64,000 bases of DNA, taken from a bacterium. GTDB lineage: Bacteria; Hinthialibacterota; Hinthialibacteria; Hinthialibacterales; Hinthialibacteraceae. Position 1 is the stretch's first letter. Every line of letters begins with the position of its first letter. A model generated the notes under the pieces. It saw only the letters and a list, made by a program, of their open reading frames with translations. It searched no databases and was not told the origin of the DNA. Shown here in pieces: positions 1 to 9,842 of this stretch. Position numbers and translations under genes: made by a program. The stretch is from contig CAXXMV010000006.1 in NCBI GenBank assembly GCA_963662285.2, positions 1,536,001 through 1,600,000 on the forward strand, in the 5' to 3' direction.

Positions 1-2
1 GT

Positions 3-560
3 AATCAAATAATTGAAACAGATGATATTGTCTCGGCGACATCCGTTATAGTAACGGATAATAAACACCCGACAATATTCTCTAGAAAATTATACGAAAA
101 GGAAGCTTATGCAAAAAGAGATTTTGTTTTGAATCAATTAAAAAAGATGAGAAAACTGGAAAAAGTTTTTGGTAAAGTAACCCATTATCAGGATAATGGT
201 GACAAATTATCTGTAGATGTCTTCAACAGAAAAGGAAAGATGCTTGGGAAACTGTGCTACATGAATGACTATTGGGTTCACCAATATGTGGAATGGGATA
301 AAGGGAAACAAAATGGTTTAACGGCATTTTTTACAAAAGATCATAATCCCTATCAGATATATACATTCAAAGATAATAAACTGGATGGTCCGATCTATGA
401 GTTTGTAAAAGAGGGATCAAGAAAAGGAACTCTGATTCGATATATTGAAATGAAGAATCATTCGTATATGGGATTGTGTCTTGGTTGGAGTGAGGATGGC
501 GAAATCCTTGATGAATCGAGATTGATAACAGAACCAAAGCCATATTATGGCCTGCCATAA
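3..560 (+). CDS. MORN-variant repeat (YwqK-like) protein, 5'-partial
   Basis: Frame is open from nt 3 with no stop, so it runs past the window edge; WDKGKQNG, FKDNKLDGPIYEF and GWSEDGEI resemble MORN-variant repeats; AT-rich. Confidence 0.55.
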   Translation, partial: NQIIETDDIVSATSVIVTDNKHPTIFSRKLYEKEAYAKRDFVLNQLKKMRKLEKVFGKVTHYQDNGDKLSVDVFNRKGKMLGKLCYMNDYWVHQYVEWDKGKQNGLTAFFTKDHNPYQIYTFKDNKLDGPIYEFVKEGSRKGTLIRYIEMKNHSYMGLCLGWSEDGEILDESRLITEPKPYYGLP

Positions 561-596
561 AGATTATAAATTAAGACTTTTCGCTTAACAAAAGCG

Positions 597-661
597 CGTA
601 GGATGGGACAAAGCAAAAAAAAACTTTTCTCTCAAAATCACCTCTGCAGCGTGTCTCATCC
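597..661 (+). repeat. GTAG-type REP hairpin with expanded loop
   Basis: CGTAGGATGGGACAAAGC...CAGCGTGTCTCATC; same element, compact and inverted, at 7873-7906. Confidence 0.75.
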
Positions 662-778
662 GCCTTCGCTTAAGAGCATTCTCGTAATCTAATCATAAAT
701 GGCCTGATTCCATTGGACTCCAGTTTAACGCATGTTATTATTAGAGATACTAAATATCTAATAATAAAAGAGTCCATT

Positions 779-1660
779 ATGATCCATACCCGACGACAAT
801 TCCTGCTGACATCGATAACTTCACTGCTAGTTCCGCAATCTCTCTTTGCCGGACAGAATCCTAAATTATCTTTTGGGATGCTCACTGACGCGCATTATTG
901 CGAAGCGGAGGCGCGGGGGACGCGTTATTACCGGGAATCAATAAAAAAAATGCGTGAATGCATCAGCGAAATGAATCAACAGAAAGTTGATTTTGTGGTT
1001 GAACTGGGAGATATGAAAGATCAGGATTCGCCGCCGGTTGAATCTCAAACCATTAAATATTTGCAGGCCATCGAAGCGGAATTTCAGAAATTCGACGGTT
1101 CCCGGTATCACGCCCTCGGCAACCATGATATGGACAGCATATCGAAGAAGCAATTCCTGACGAACATTGATAATACTGGAATCGCCCAGGATAAATCATA
1201 CTACTCCTTCGATAAAGGCGGTCTGCATTGCATCGTTCTGGACGCCAATTTCACCAGCAAAGGCGTCCCCTATGATCATGGCAATTTTGATTGGACTGAC
1301 GCCAATATCCCACAGCAAGAACAGGACTGGCTCCAAAATGATTTAAGCAATACTAATAAACCCGTAATTGTGTTTCTTCATCAACTACTTGACGGCGAGG
1401 GAAGCGTGTTTATCAAAAACGCGGTGCAAGTACGTAAAATCCTTGAAGCATCAAACAAGGTTATAGCAGTCTTCCAGGGACACCATCATGCTGGACAATA
1501 CAACCATATCAATAAGATTCATTACGTAACCCTGAAAGCTATCATCGAAGGCGCTGGAGAGGAAAACAATGCTTTTGTTATAGCAAATTTCGAGCAGGAT
1601 CGTATAGTTATAAAAGGCTACCGCAAAGCGGTTTCGAGAAAACTTGAGTTAAACAGTTAA
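779..1660 (+). CDS. Tat-exported calcineurin-like metallophosphoesterase
   Basis: TRRQFL Tat motif; DAH, GD, GNHD and GHHH metal motifs; start moved to ATG 779. Confidence 0.9.
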   Translation: MIHTRRQFLLTSITSLLVPQSLFAGQNPKLSFGMLTDAHYCEAEARGTRYYRESIKKMRECISEMNQQKVDFVVELGDMKDQDSPPVESQTIKYLQAIEAEFQKFDGSRYHALGNHDMDSISKKQFLTNIDNTGIAQDKSYYSFDKGGLHCIVLDANFTSKGVPYDHGNFDWTDANIPQQEQDWLQNDLSNTNKPVIVFLHQLLDGEGSVFIKNAVQVRKILEASNKVIAVFQGHHHAGQYNHINKIHYVTLKAIIEGAGEENNAFVIANFEQDRIVIKGYRKAVSRKLELNS

Positions 1661-1679
1661 CCAATAAGCGAGAGAAATC

Positions 1680-3059
1680 ATGAAAAGACGGGATTTCCTG
1701 AAAACCTCCGGCGCCTTTGCTGGTCTAATGACTATCAGTCCATTTACGAAAGCCAGTCAAGAACAACCTGATCGACCCAACATCATTTACATTATGGCTG
1801 ATGATCTCGGCTATGGCGACTTGGGATGCTATGGCCAGAAACTGGTTAAAACTCCCTATATAGACTGCTTGGCGCAAGAGGGGATGCTATTCACCCAGCA
1901 TTATTCCGGCAGCACCGTCTGCGCTCCTTCCCGGTGCAGTCTTATGACTGGATATCATACCGGGCATACCTTCATCCGGGGCAATAAAGAAATTCAGCCT
2001 GAAGGACAATACCCTATACCCAAAGACACTTATACTGTCGCCAAACTGATGAAAAATGCCGGTTATAAAACGGGTATAGTAGGCAAGTGGGGGCTGGGCG
2101 CTCCGGATTCTGATGGCGCTCCCAATAAGCAGGGATTCGACTATTGGTTCGGCGTGAATTGCCAGCGACAGGCGCATCGTTACTACCCCACTCATCTTTG
2201 GGAAAACACAACAAAAATTGAACTGGGCGGCAAAAAATACTCTCATGATTTGATGACCGAAAAAGTTCTCCAGTTTCTGGATGATAGCAAGGATGCGCCC
2301 TTCTTCCTTTATCTGCCATACACCATTCCTCATGCTGAACTGAATGTTCCTGAAGATTCCATGAAACCATACCGGGGCAAATTCGAAGAAAAATCATTCC
2401 CCGGCGCTGGCAACTATGGCGCAACCGATGAACCTAGAGCGGCTTTTGCAGGTATGGTTTCGCGCATGGACCGGGATGTCGGGCGTATCATGAGTAAACT
2501 GAAAACCTTAGGTATTGACGATAACACCCTGATTCTCTTCACCAGCGATAACGGCCCCCATAAAGAAGGCGGCCACGATCCTGAGTATTTTAATAGCAAT
2601 GGACCACTACGCGGCGTTAAACGCGACCTCTACGAAGGCGGCATCCGCGTACCGATGATCGCCCGTTGGCCTAAGACGATTAAACCTGGAACCAAATGCG
2701 ACCATATCTCCGCTTTCTGGGATTTCATGCCCACCTGCGCTGAACTGGCTGGCGCCAAGATTCCTCAAGGCATCGATGGCATCTCCTATGCTCCCGTTCT
2801 TTCCGGCAAGCCGGAAAAACAAAAGACGCACGAATTTATGTACTGGGAATTCCATGAAAGAGGTTTAACTCAGGCTGTCCGTATGGGAGACTGGAAGGCT
2901 TTTAGTCCGGGCAAAGGTAAACCACTGGAACTTTATAATCTCAAAAATGATATTGGAGAGCAAAACAACATCGCTGAAAAACATCCGGATATCATCAAGA
3001 AAATTGAGAATTATATAAAATCAGCCCGTACCGAATCCGAAGTATTTCCAGTGAAATAA
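1680..3059 (+). CDS. Tat-exported arylsulfatase (formylglycine type)
   Basis: KRRDFLK signal; PNIIYIMADDLGYGD, CAPSR, GKWGLG, FTSDNG, YEGGIRVP. Confidence 0.95.
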   Translation: MKRRDFLKTSGAFAGLMTISPFTKASQEQPDRPNIIYIMADDLGYGDLGCYGQKLVKTPYIDCLAQEGMLFTQHYSGSTVCAPSRCSLMTGYHTGHTFIRGNKEIQPEGQYPIPKDTYTVAKLMKNAGYKTGIVGKWGLGAPDSDGAPNKQGFDYWFGVNCQRQAHRYYPTHLWENTTKIELGGKKYSHDLMTEKVLQFLDDSKDAPFFLYLPYTIPHAELNVPEDSMKPYRGKFEEKSFPGAGNYGATDEPRAAFAGMVSRMDRDVGRIMSKLKTLGIDDNTLILFTSDNGPHKEGGHDPEYFNSNGPLRGVKRDLYEGGIRVPMIARWPKTIKPGTKCDHISAFWDFMPTCAELAGAKIPQGIDGISYAPVLSGKPEKQKTHEFMYWEFHERGLTQAVRMGDWKAFSPGKGKPLELYNLKNDIGEQNNIAEKHPDIIKKIENYIKSARTESEVFPVK

Positions 3060-3090
3060 TCATCCTCCATATTTTTGAGGATGATTTTTT
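3058..3090 (+). terminator. Intrinsic terminator
   Basis: AATCATCCTC/GAGGATGATT stem then T run. Confidence 0.65.
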
Positions 3091-3215
3091 CCCGAAAATC
3101 CAATTATGCAGTTTGATTATTGTTTTAAGGTGATAGAATTATATGTATTATATGACATAATGTATTGAATTATTGTGAATAATATTATTGGAAGTCGACT
3201 TTATAATAAGGTGAA

Positions 3216-3881
3216 ATGAAGATTATGAATAAACCCTCCCATAAGTCGATACAGGAAAATGGTTTTGGAAATTGCCGTTGGTGCGGCGCGGAGGATATTC
3301 GTCTACAATATCTGATGTGTCCTAATTGTTTTAAGATGTCCAACAAGGTGCCTTCCAAGGCAATGGTGCTTTTGAATAAACCGGAAATTAAGCAGAAATT
3401 GGGCGAAAAAGGCGCGACTCTTACTACTTTCACTCCAGAACTGCGTAAATTTATTACCGGAGAAGAGACCAATTTTCCACCAGAAAAAGACGATATTTCT
3501 CACTGGACTCTGATGCAAGAGGTCGCGCAGAAAAATGTAGAACAGAAAGATATTCAATTCTATATCAGAGAGATGGTTAAGAAAGCGGGATATCCATTAC
3601 CCCCGACTGATGAAGAACTTTTCAAAATCATCGGATTAGAATGCATGTTGCGCTTTATTATCCGTAGTTTGGTGCAACGTGGAGAATTGAAAATTGGTCT
3701 TGATCTGGACGAAGATGAGTTTCTTGATGATTTGCAAGAAAAGTGCATGGATGCCACTGTTCTAAAAGAAGATCAAGCAGATTGGAAACCGCAGGAAACA
3801 GCAGTTCAAACAATACTTGGCGCCGACGATAAAAAAGGTATGAACGTCCGCGATATCATCATGAAAAAATATGGCCGCTGA
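3216..3881 (+). CDS. Hypothetical protein with N-terminal zinc ribbon (possibly YvyF-like)
   Basis: CRWC-x11-CPNC; AAGGTG upstream of ATG. Confidence 0.7.
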   Translation: MKIMNKPSHKSIQENGFGNCRWCGAEDIRLQYLMCPNCFKMSNKVPSKAMVLLNKPEIKQKLGEKGATLTTFTPELRKFITGEETNFPPEKDDISHWTLMQEVAQKNVEQKDIQFYIREMVKKAGYPLPPTDEELFKIIGLECMLRFIIRSLVQRGELKIGLDLDEDEFLDDLQEKCMDATVLKEDQADWKPQETAVQTILGADDKKGMNVRDIIMKKYGR

Positions 3882-3893
3882 TTTGAGCGCCAA

Positions 3894-4262
3894 TCATCTT
3901 TTCAAATGCTTAACAACTGTATTTTCCAGAAGTTCCATTGAGAAAGGCTTGGGCAGGATGCCTTGAGCCTTATTCTCTATAAGAACATCATCGGTAAGGG
4001 TTTGGCTTAAACCACTGGAAATCAAAACCGGCGTGTCAGAAATTTCACGGATTTGCTTCAAGCAGGAAAAACCATCAACTCTAGGCATAGATATATCAAG
4101 AATTACAATATCAATCTCGTCTTGATGAGACTTGAAAAGTTCAAATGCCTGTTCCCCATCATTCGCAGTGATAACTTTATATTGCATGAGCTCGAACATA
4201 GCCTTCGCTACATCAAGCACCATAAATTCATCATCCGCTATTAAAATGGTTGCTTTCGCCAT
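3894..4262 (-). CDS. Single-domain response regulator (receiver)
   Basis: ILIADDE, VILDISMPRVDG, SSG, LPKPF. Confidence 0.92.
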   Translation of the reverse strand: MAKATILIADDEFMVLDVAKAMFELMQYKVITANDGEQAFELFKSHQDEIDIVILDISMPRVDGFSCLKQIREISDTPVLISSGLSQTLTDDVLIENKAQGILPKPFSMELLENTVVKHLKR

Positions 4263-4428
4263 AATATTACCAGACTCTGGTTGATTAAAATCAAGTAAAA
4301 AGCGCCTATGAAAATTATACTCGTTATTATCGTTTTGACTTAAAAAAATTCGCCTTTTAAGTCTTGCTCAAATTGCTAATCAGTAAGTTATTATCAAAAT
4401 CACTCTAAAGGATTACAATAGTCCATAC

Positions 4429-4542
4429 TAGAGCGATTCTCAAAATAACGTGCGCCGATGCGGTTGTTAAAAGTCACCCAAAAACAGGACTTTTAACAAA
4501 TCCAATGTTTTCCATGCGCATATGTTTTTGTTAACCGCTATA
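4429..4542. mobile_element. 114-bp MITE, TAGAGCG-ended family
   Basis: Ends TAGAGCGATT/AACCGCTATA; internal hairpin TTGTTAAAAGTC/GACTTTTAACAA; same length and layout as 57324-57437. Confidence 0.6.
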
Positions 4543-4591
4543 ACTATAATTTTAGGCTTACTATAAAATAAATACTATATAATGATGATTC

Positions 4592-4777
4592 GTAACAGGT
4601 CAGCCATATGAAGTAGTAACACTATAACTATGTTTTATACAAGGCTTTTTTATTAAAATTCTCCCCCCAAGTTTTGGGGGGAGTTAGAGGGGGGTTGCGT
4701 TTCAGCGAATCAACCCCCACCTAACCTCCCCCAGGCTTGGGGGAGGGATAACGCATTTCAATTGGCTGATCAGTTAC
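4592..4777. mobile_element. 186-bp MITE with 8-bp target duplication
   Basis: Imperfect TIRs GTAACAGGTCAGCCA/TGGCTGATCAGTTAC; GATGATTC at 4584-4591 and 4778-4785. Confidence 0.75.
4658..4748. repeat. CTCCCCCCAAG/GGGGGAGTTAGAGGGGG double-hairpin repeat
   Basis: Closely similar copy at 19381-19460. Confidence 0.85.
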
Positions 4778-5288
4778 GATGATTCTATGACGATAAACTC
4801 ACTATGTATAGTGTTTGATTTATATTTTAGATAGTTTTACAGTAAAATAGTGATTTGATAAATTTTGTATAAGTAATTCGATAGAATTTCTGGTTGATAG
4901 ATTAAGAATTTATATTACTAACAAGATGAAAACATACTGAATGAATAATATGCTTATAATATAATATTGATATATTAGGTCTGTGAAAAAGCCTTAAAAA
5001 GGTTGAATTTTTAGAATTGCGAATCAGAAATCTATCTTGAAAACTACTCTAAGTGAATCTTATTGATAAAAGCATATATAAATCCTTAAGACAACCTGTT
5101 AAAAGCATTGCATAATAGTAAAAGTGCTGGCACGATAATATATATAGATCGGTTCTCAAAAATATGTTCTTCCATAATCGCGCTTTGTCTTTATATAAAG
5201 CCATACTTTTCTGACATCTTCGAAACGCATATAAGAACATTATTATGAAAATATCTACAAGTCCTAAGTAAACTATTTGGAGGATGCA

Positions 5289-6347
5289 GTGAATCAACCC
5301 GCTGTTGTGCAATATGCCTTAAAAGAACGATCAGTGGAATTAAGAGAATCTTCCATTCCTGAACCATCACACAAAAGCGTTGTTGTTAAGATTGCTGGAG
5401 CAGGGATATGCGGCACCGATGTTCATCAATATCTCAATGAGCATTCCTGGCCGATCAGTGTTCCGGTCATCATGGGGCACGAATTCAGCGGTATTATCCA
5501 AGATGTAGGTAAAGGCGTATCCAATTTCGCTCCCGGAGATCGCGTAGTTTGCGAAACTTCAGCAGTAATCTGCGGCGAATGTAGTTATTGTAGAACCGGT
5601 CAATACCAATATTGTGAGCATAGAAGGAGTTTTGGTCAGTTATTAGACGGTGGATTTACTCAGTATGTTGATGTCCCGGTTCATTGTCTGCATAGGGTGC
5701 CCAAGAATCTGCCGCTTCATATTGCAGCGTTGACTGAACCAACCTGCGTCTCGTATAACGCAACCGTAGTCCATGCTGATATACGGCCTGGAAAAAGCGT
5801 CGCTGTTTTAGGATGCGGAGCGGTTGGATTAACCTGCGTCCAGCTGGCGAAAATGCAGGGCGGTTATCCCATCATTCTTACTGGTTTGGCGCGTGATAAA
5901 ACCCGCTTGGAAATGGGTAAAAGAATGGGCGCCGATTACACCATTGCGGTTGATGAAGATAATTTACTGGAGAAAATCAATCAGATACGGGATGGTTTAG
6001 GCATCGATGTGGTGATAGATCTTTCAGGGCGTAATCAATCTCTTCGTGATGCTATTCATATCGTTCGTCCTCAAGGACAGATAATAAGAGCAGGATGGGG
6101 GCCTGGAGCTTACAATTTCTCTCTAGACCCTTTAGTGCATAAAGGCGTCCGGCTTGAGGGAGTTTTCAGTCATAATTGGGAAATATGGAATCAATCTATC
6201 AGGCTAATGGCTTCAGGACGTCTCGATCTATCGGAAATGTCGGTTATCCGGTTGCCTATTGAACGCTGGCAGGAGGGTTTTGAAGGCATGTGCGAGGCGC
6301 GATTGATCAAAGTTATTATCGAACCCAATGGCCAGATTGATGATTAG
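5289..6347 (+). CDS. Zinc-dependent medium-chain alcohol/polyol dehydrogenase
   Basis: GICGTD, GHE, CGECSYC-x7-C, GCGAVG; GGAGG before GTG 5289. Confidence 0.93.
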   Translation: MNQPAVVQYALKERSVELRESSIPEPSHKSVVVKIAGAGICGTDVHQYLNEHSWPISVPVIMGHEFSGIIQDVGKGVSNFAPGDRVVCETSAVICGECSYCRTGQYQYCEHRRSFGQLLDGGFTQYVDVPVHCLHRVPKNLPLHIAALTEPTCVSYNATVVHADIRPGKSVAVLGCGAVGLTCVQLAKMQGGYPIILTGLARDKTRLEMGKRMGADYTIAVDEDNLLEKINQIRDGLGIDVVIDLSGRNQSLRDAIHIVRPQGQIIRAGWGPGAYNFSLDPLVHKGVRLEGVFSHNWEIWNQSIRLMASGRLDLSEMSVIRLPIERWQEGFEGMCEARLIKVIIEPNGQIDD

Positions 6348-6609
6348 CTAAGGCTTAATAATAAATGCTTTATAATCCTGTTCTTCTTTTTGAGGGGCAG
6401 GATTTATTTATATAGAGTAATAATATTTGGACAATTTTAACCTCATTTCTGACTTGTAATATTCAATTGAGATACAAAATATAAATTAAAATTAATATGA
6501 AGTAGACTAAACCATTCGTTTTGAGATACCGTCTTAATATGTTGAAAGAGGAATTTCAGAACGTTTTTGTTAATATTTATATTATAGTTTATCGCTTCGG
6601 GAGTCAGAT

Positions 6610-7203
6610 ATGCGATCTGAACAGGATTTGGTGGAAGGCGTCAAGCAACAGGATCCGGGGATTTTTGAAGAGTTCGTACGCCGCTATCAACAACGGGTCT
6701 ATTTCACATCATTACGCATGATGGGCAAGCGCGAAGACGCCCTTGATGCGGCGCAGGATATATTTCTTAAAATCTGGAAATACGCTCCGAAATTGCAGGA
6801 TGCTGTTGTGCTGGAACGCTGGGTTTACCGCGTGACCATAAACGCCTGTATAGATCGCCTACGCAGCAGAAACGTTCATGAATCTCATCTAAATAAAAAT
6901 AATGTTTTAATGTTCTCGCTGGCAGAACCTGGCATGAATCCACGGGATTATGCTCGAAGATTGGAAGATTTGGGTAATGTCAGAGAAGCGTTGGATGGTT
7001 TGACTGAACGTCAACGGGCAATATTTGTATTGCGGCATTTCCAGAACTTGAAAATCAAAGAGATTGCTGAAGTCATGTCTATGCCGCTTGGAACGGTTAA
7101 GGCTACCCTTCATCAGGCCTTTTATAAATTAAAGGAATTATTGAGCGACGTCGTCGTCGAACAACCGGAAAGAAAAATTGATGACACCGAACAAACCGGT
7201 TAA
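6610..7203 (+). CDS. ECF RNA polymerase sigma factor
   Basis: DALDAAQDIFLK, WVYRVTINACID, EIAEVMSMPLGTVK. Confidence 0.93.
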   Translation: MRSEQDLVEGVKQQDPGIFEEFVRRYQQRVYFTSLRMMGKREDALDAAQDIFLKIWKYAPKLQDAVVLERWVYRVTINACIDRLRSRNVHESHLNKNNVLMFSLAEPGMNPRDYARRLEDLGNVREALDGLTERQRAIFVLRHFQNLKIKEIAEVMSMPLGTVKATLHQAFYKLKELLSDVVVEQPERKIDDTEQTG

Positions 7204-7217
7204 ATCAGGGGAGGCGA

Positions 7218-7751
7218 TTGATGCGATTTAAATGCGATGACTTAAAAGAACGCTGGCCGGAATATATCTACCGCGAACTTCCAGAACACGAACAATCATT
7301 ATTCGTCCATCATCTTGATGAATGCGAAGATTGCAGGGCTGAAGAGCGTCAATGGCGCGGCATGTTGTCGGAATTCGATTCGATCGTGTTGTTTGATGAT
7401 AGCATGGAAGCTCCCACCGAGTTGCTATACCGGGTCAAGCGCCAGATTCGGTTTTATGAAGAGTGGTCGAAAAAGCAGAAACAATCAATGCGTAAATGGA
7501 TCATTGGCGCTGCAGCCGCTTGCGCTCTGATAATCTTCGGGCTGTGGGGCGCATATCAAAACCAGTTGGATGCCCGGCTCAGCGCTAAAGAGAATTCTAC
7601 ATTTCAACCAATCAAAGCCTCTATTATTGATTCTATATACGATCCCGACATTGTTATTCAATACCATGAGCATGAGATATTGCAAAAGCCAAAGAAGGTC
7701 GACGCCTCGGTTGATGAGAAAGAGAAAGAGCCAACCGAAGAGAATAAATAG
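7218..7751 (+). CDS. Membrane-anchored zinc anti-sigma factor
   Basis: HLDECEDC (HxxxCxxC), one TM helix, directly after the ECF gene. Confidence 0.88.
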   Translation: MMRFKCDDLKERWPEYIYRELPEHEQSLFVHHLDECEDCRAEERQWRGMLSEFDSIVLFDDSMEAPTELLYRVKRQIRFYEEWSKKQKQSMRKWIIGAAAACALIIFGLWGAYQNQLDARLSAKENSTFQPIKASIIDSIYDPDIVIQYHEHEILQKPKKVDASVDEKEKEPTEENK

Positions 7752-7761
7752 GTGGTGGTGA

Positions 7762-7857
7762 GTCGTCCCCTCTCCCGGCGGGAGAGGGTGAGGGAGAATT
7801 TTTAATTACTTAAGTGGTTGACGGTGGGCTACGCTTCGCTTTTAGCCCACCCTACGG
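7762..7857. repeat. Composite direct repeat copy 1 (CCCTCTCCC hairpin + spacer + GTAG REP)
   Basis: Aligns over its length with 8988-9089. Confidence 0.9.
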
Positions 7858-7872
7858 GATTTAACTTAAAAA

Positions 7873-7906
7873 GATGGGACACGCTGTCGCTTTGTCCCAT
7901 CCTACG
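7873..7906 (-). repeat. GTAG-type REP
   Basis: GATGGGACACGCTGTCGCTTTGTCCCATCCTAC hairpin. Confidence 0.85.
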
Positions 7907-7930
7907 GGGGATCTACTCTAGGAGAAAAAA

Positions 7931-8971
7931 ATGCGGTTATTTTGTTTTTATGGCGTAATCATATTTTTATCTCAAATCGTGCTGTTGACTCCAGGCCATG
8001 AATGCTTTGGCGCTGAATCTAATAAAATTGATAATTTAACCCTGGCTGACATGGTCGAGAAGACTTTGCAAAAACTTGATCCCATTATTGTTTTGTATAT
8101 CCAAAAGCGCGATCAGGATTTTCCCGGTAAGCCAAATAGTAAGTGGAAATCAGTTAATTTATTTGGTACTCAAGGAATAGGGTTGACGAATAGAACTGAT
8201 TTTATGGAAAACATTACACAAGATGAAATGGATAAGAATTTGCCAGTTCAAAGGCAAATTTCTTTAATCAAAAACGGTTTTAGTTATTCATTGAATACAT
8301 TGTTGAACCATGGTACTAAATCATCTAATCAAGTTTTGTATAATTTGATCGAATCGCAATGCATCAGTTCGTGGTTTAAACAACACTCTTTTACTTACTA
8401 TCCAGATTTAATTCGAAATAAATATGATGTTTATGTCGTACCAGAAAATTTAGAAATAATAAATAACAAAGTTACGATTGTCGTAAGATACCGTAATAGC
8501 AAATTATATGGAAAAGACAAGCGTAAGAAAATTACTTTTGATTTATTACGCGGAGCTCTTCTTGAAGCATATCATCTTGAACAACTAGATTTGAAAACTA
8601 ATAAATGGTATTTACGTCAAGCCTATGATGTTGTTGAATGGCAGAAATTGGACGATGGAACTGATTTTCCTAAAATATGTGAATATAGATTTCCTTCTTC
8701 AACAAAAAAAGGCCCTAGTAAGTTATTGACGACTAAATTAACTGTACTGCAAGTTAAGAGACCTAAGAATTTTGATCATATAGTGAGCGATTTTAGATTT
8801 ACTGTTGGATGTAAATATTACGATATTGATACCAAAACATTTCATGAAGTCGGGTCTGGTGAGAGGTTTGAGGAACTTAGAAATAAACCTACGAATTGCA
8901 CACTGGTTAAACGGGCGTTGGGGATGGAGTTAGAGGAATTTAATAAACTGTATGATGATTTGAAATGGTGA
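7931..8971 (+). CDS. Secreted hypothetical protein, possibly LolA-like fold
   Basis: AGGAGA RBS, signal peptide, beta-rich C-terminus with DFPK; AT-rich. Confidence 0.7.
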   Translation: MRLFCFYGVIIFLSQIVLLTPGHECFGAESNKIDNLTLADMVEKTLQKLDPIIVLYIQKRDQDFPGKPNSKWKSVNLFGTQGIGLTNRTDFMENITQDEMDKNLPVQRQISLIKNGFSYSLNTLLNHGTKSSNQVLYNLIESQCISSWFKQHSFTYYPDLIRNKYDVYVVPENLEIINNKVTIVVRYRNSKLYGKDKRKKITFDLLRGALLEAYHLEQLDLKTNKWYLRQAYDVVEWQKLDDGTDFPKICEYRFPSSTKKGPSKLLTTKLTVLQVKRPKNFDHIVSDFRFTVGCKYYDIDTKTFHEVGSGERFEELRNKPTNCTLVKRALGMELEEFNKLYDDLKW

Positions 8972-8987
8972 TGGATGGAAAGTTTAT

Positions 8988-9089
8988 GTCGTCCCCTCTC
9001 CCGCCGGGAGAGGGTCAGGGTGAGGGGGAGTTTTGAATTACTTATGTGGATGATGGTGGGCTACGCTTCGCTTTTAGCCCACCCTACGG
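8988..9089. repeat. Composite direct repeat copy 2
   Basis: Matches 7762-7857 with a 6-bp indel and scattered substitutions. Confidence 0.9.
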
Positions 9090-9223
9090 ATTGATACGGG
9101 ATTGCTGTCACCCTATTGGATTTGATGGATTATTGATAGTATGGAAATATTATAATTAACAAATTATAGCAAATGAAAATTAAACAACCAATTGTTTCTA
9201 TAGAGTTTGGAAGGGGATTACTC

Positions 9224-9787
9224 ATGAAAAGAAGGTGGAATCAAACCGGATTTACATTATTGGAGTTGATGACGGTTGTTGCCATTATCGGGATATTGTC
9301 CGCCATTGCAATTCCTAATTTTATGAATGCCGCTATTCGGGCGAAAGTGGCGAAAGCAGAAGCTGATATAGAAAATATTGTCTGGTCTTTAGAGATGTAT
9401 TTCGTTGATTTCGATGAATATCCTACTAATCAAAAAACGGGTAAATCATTGCGTGGAGACCTGTCGCGCTTAACCACGCCGATTCCTTATATAAATGTTG
9501 TTCCTGAAGATGTCTTTCTTTCGCCTAACAGGTATGAGCGTAAGGAATATATCCAAGCCGTTCGTGATGGGAATCCAAATTACCGGTTTATCAATTTTCT
9601 GTCTACTGATGGAAACCGCGTATCATTAAAGCAGTTTGGTTTAGAGGGTTCAGCCAATTATGCTATGTATAGTTATGGTCCCGGTTTCAGTGCGGATTGC
9701 GACCCCATGATTCCCGCTACTTTCATAAAATATAATCCCAGTAATGGAACCACTTCTCATGGAGTAATTCTGAGTTTCGGCCCCTAA
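9224..9787 (+). CDS. Type IV pilin / GspG-like major pseudopilin
   Basis: G|FTLLELMTVVAIIGILSAIAIPNF; YSYGPG near C-terminus; start moved to ATG 9224. Confidence 0.9.
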   Translation: MKRRWNQTGFTLLELMTVVAIIGILSAIAIPNFMNAAIRAKVAKAEADIENIVWSLEMYFVDFDEYPTNQKTGKSLRGDLSRLTTPIPYINVVPEDVFLSPNRYERKEYIQAVRDGNPNYRFINFLSTDGNRVSLKQFGLEGSANYAMYSYGPGFSADCDPMIPATFIKYNPSNGTTSHGVILSFGP

Positions 9788-9842
9788 ACTGCAAGTTTAT
9801 CTCTAATTCATATTACTTATATAGAATGCCATAGGAACTATT

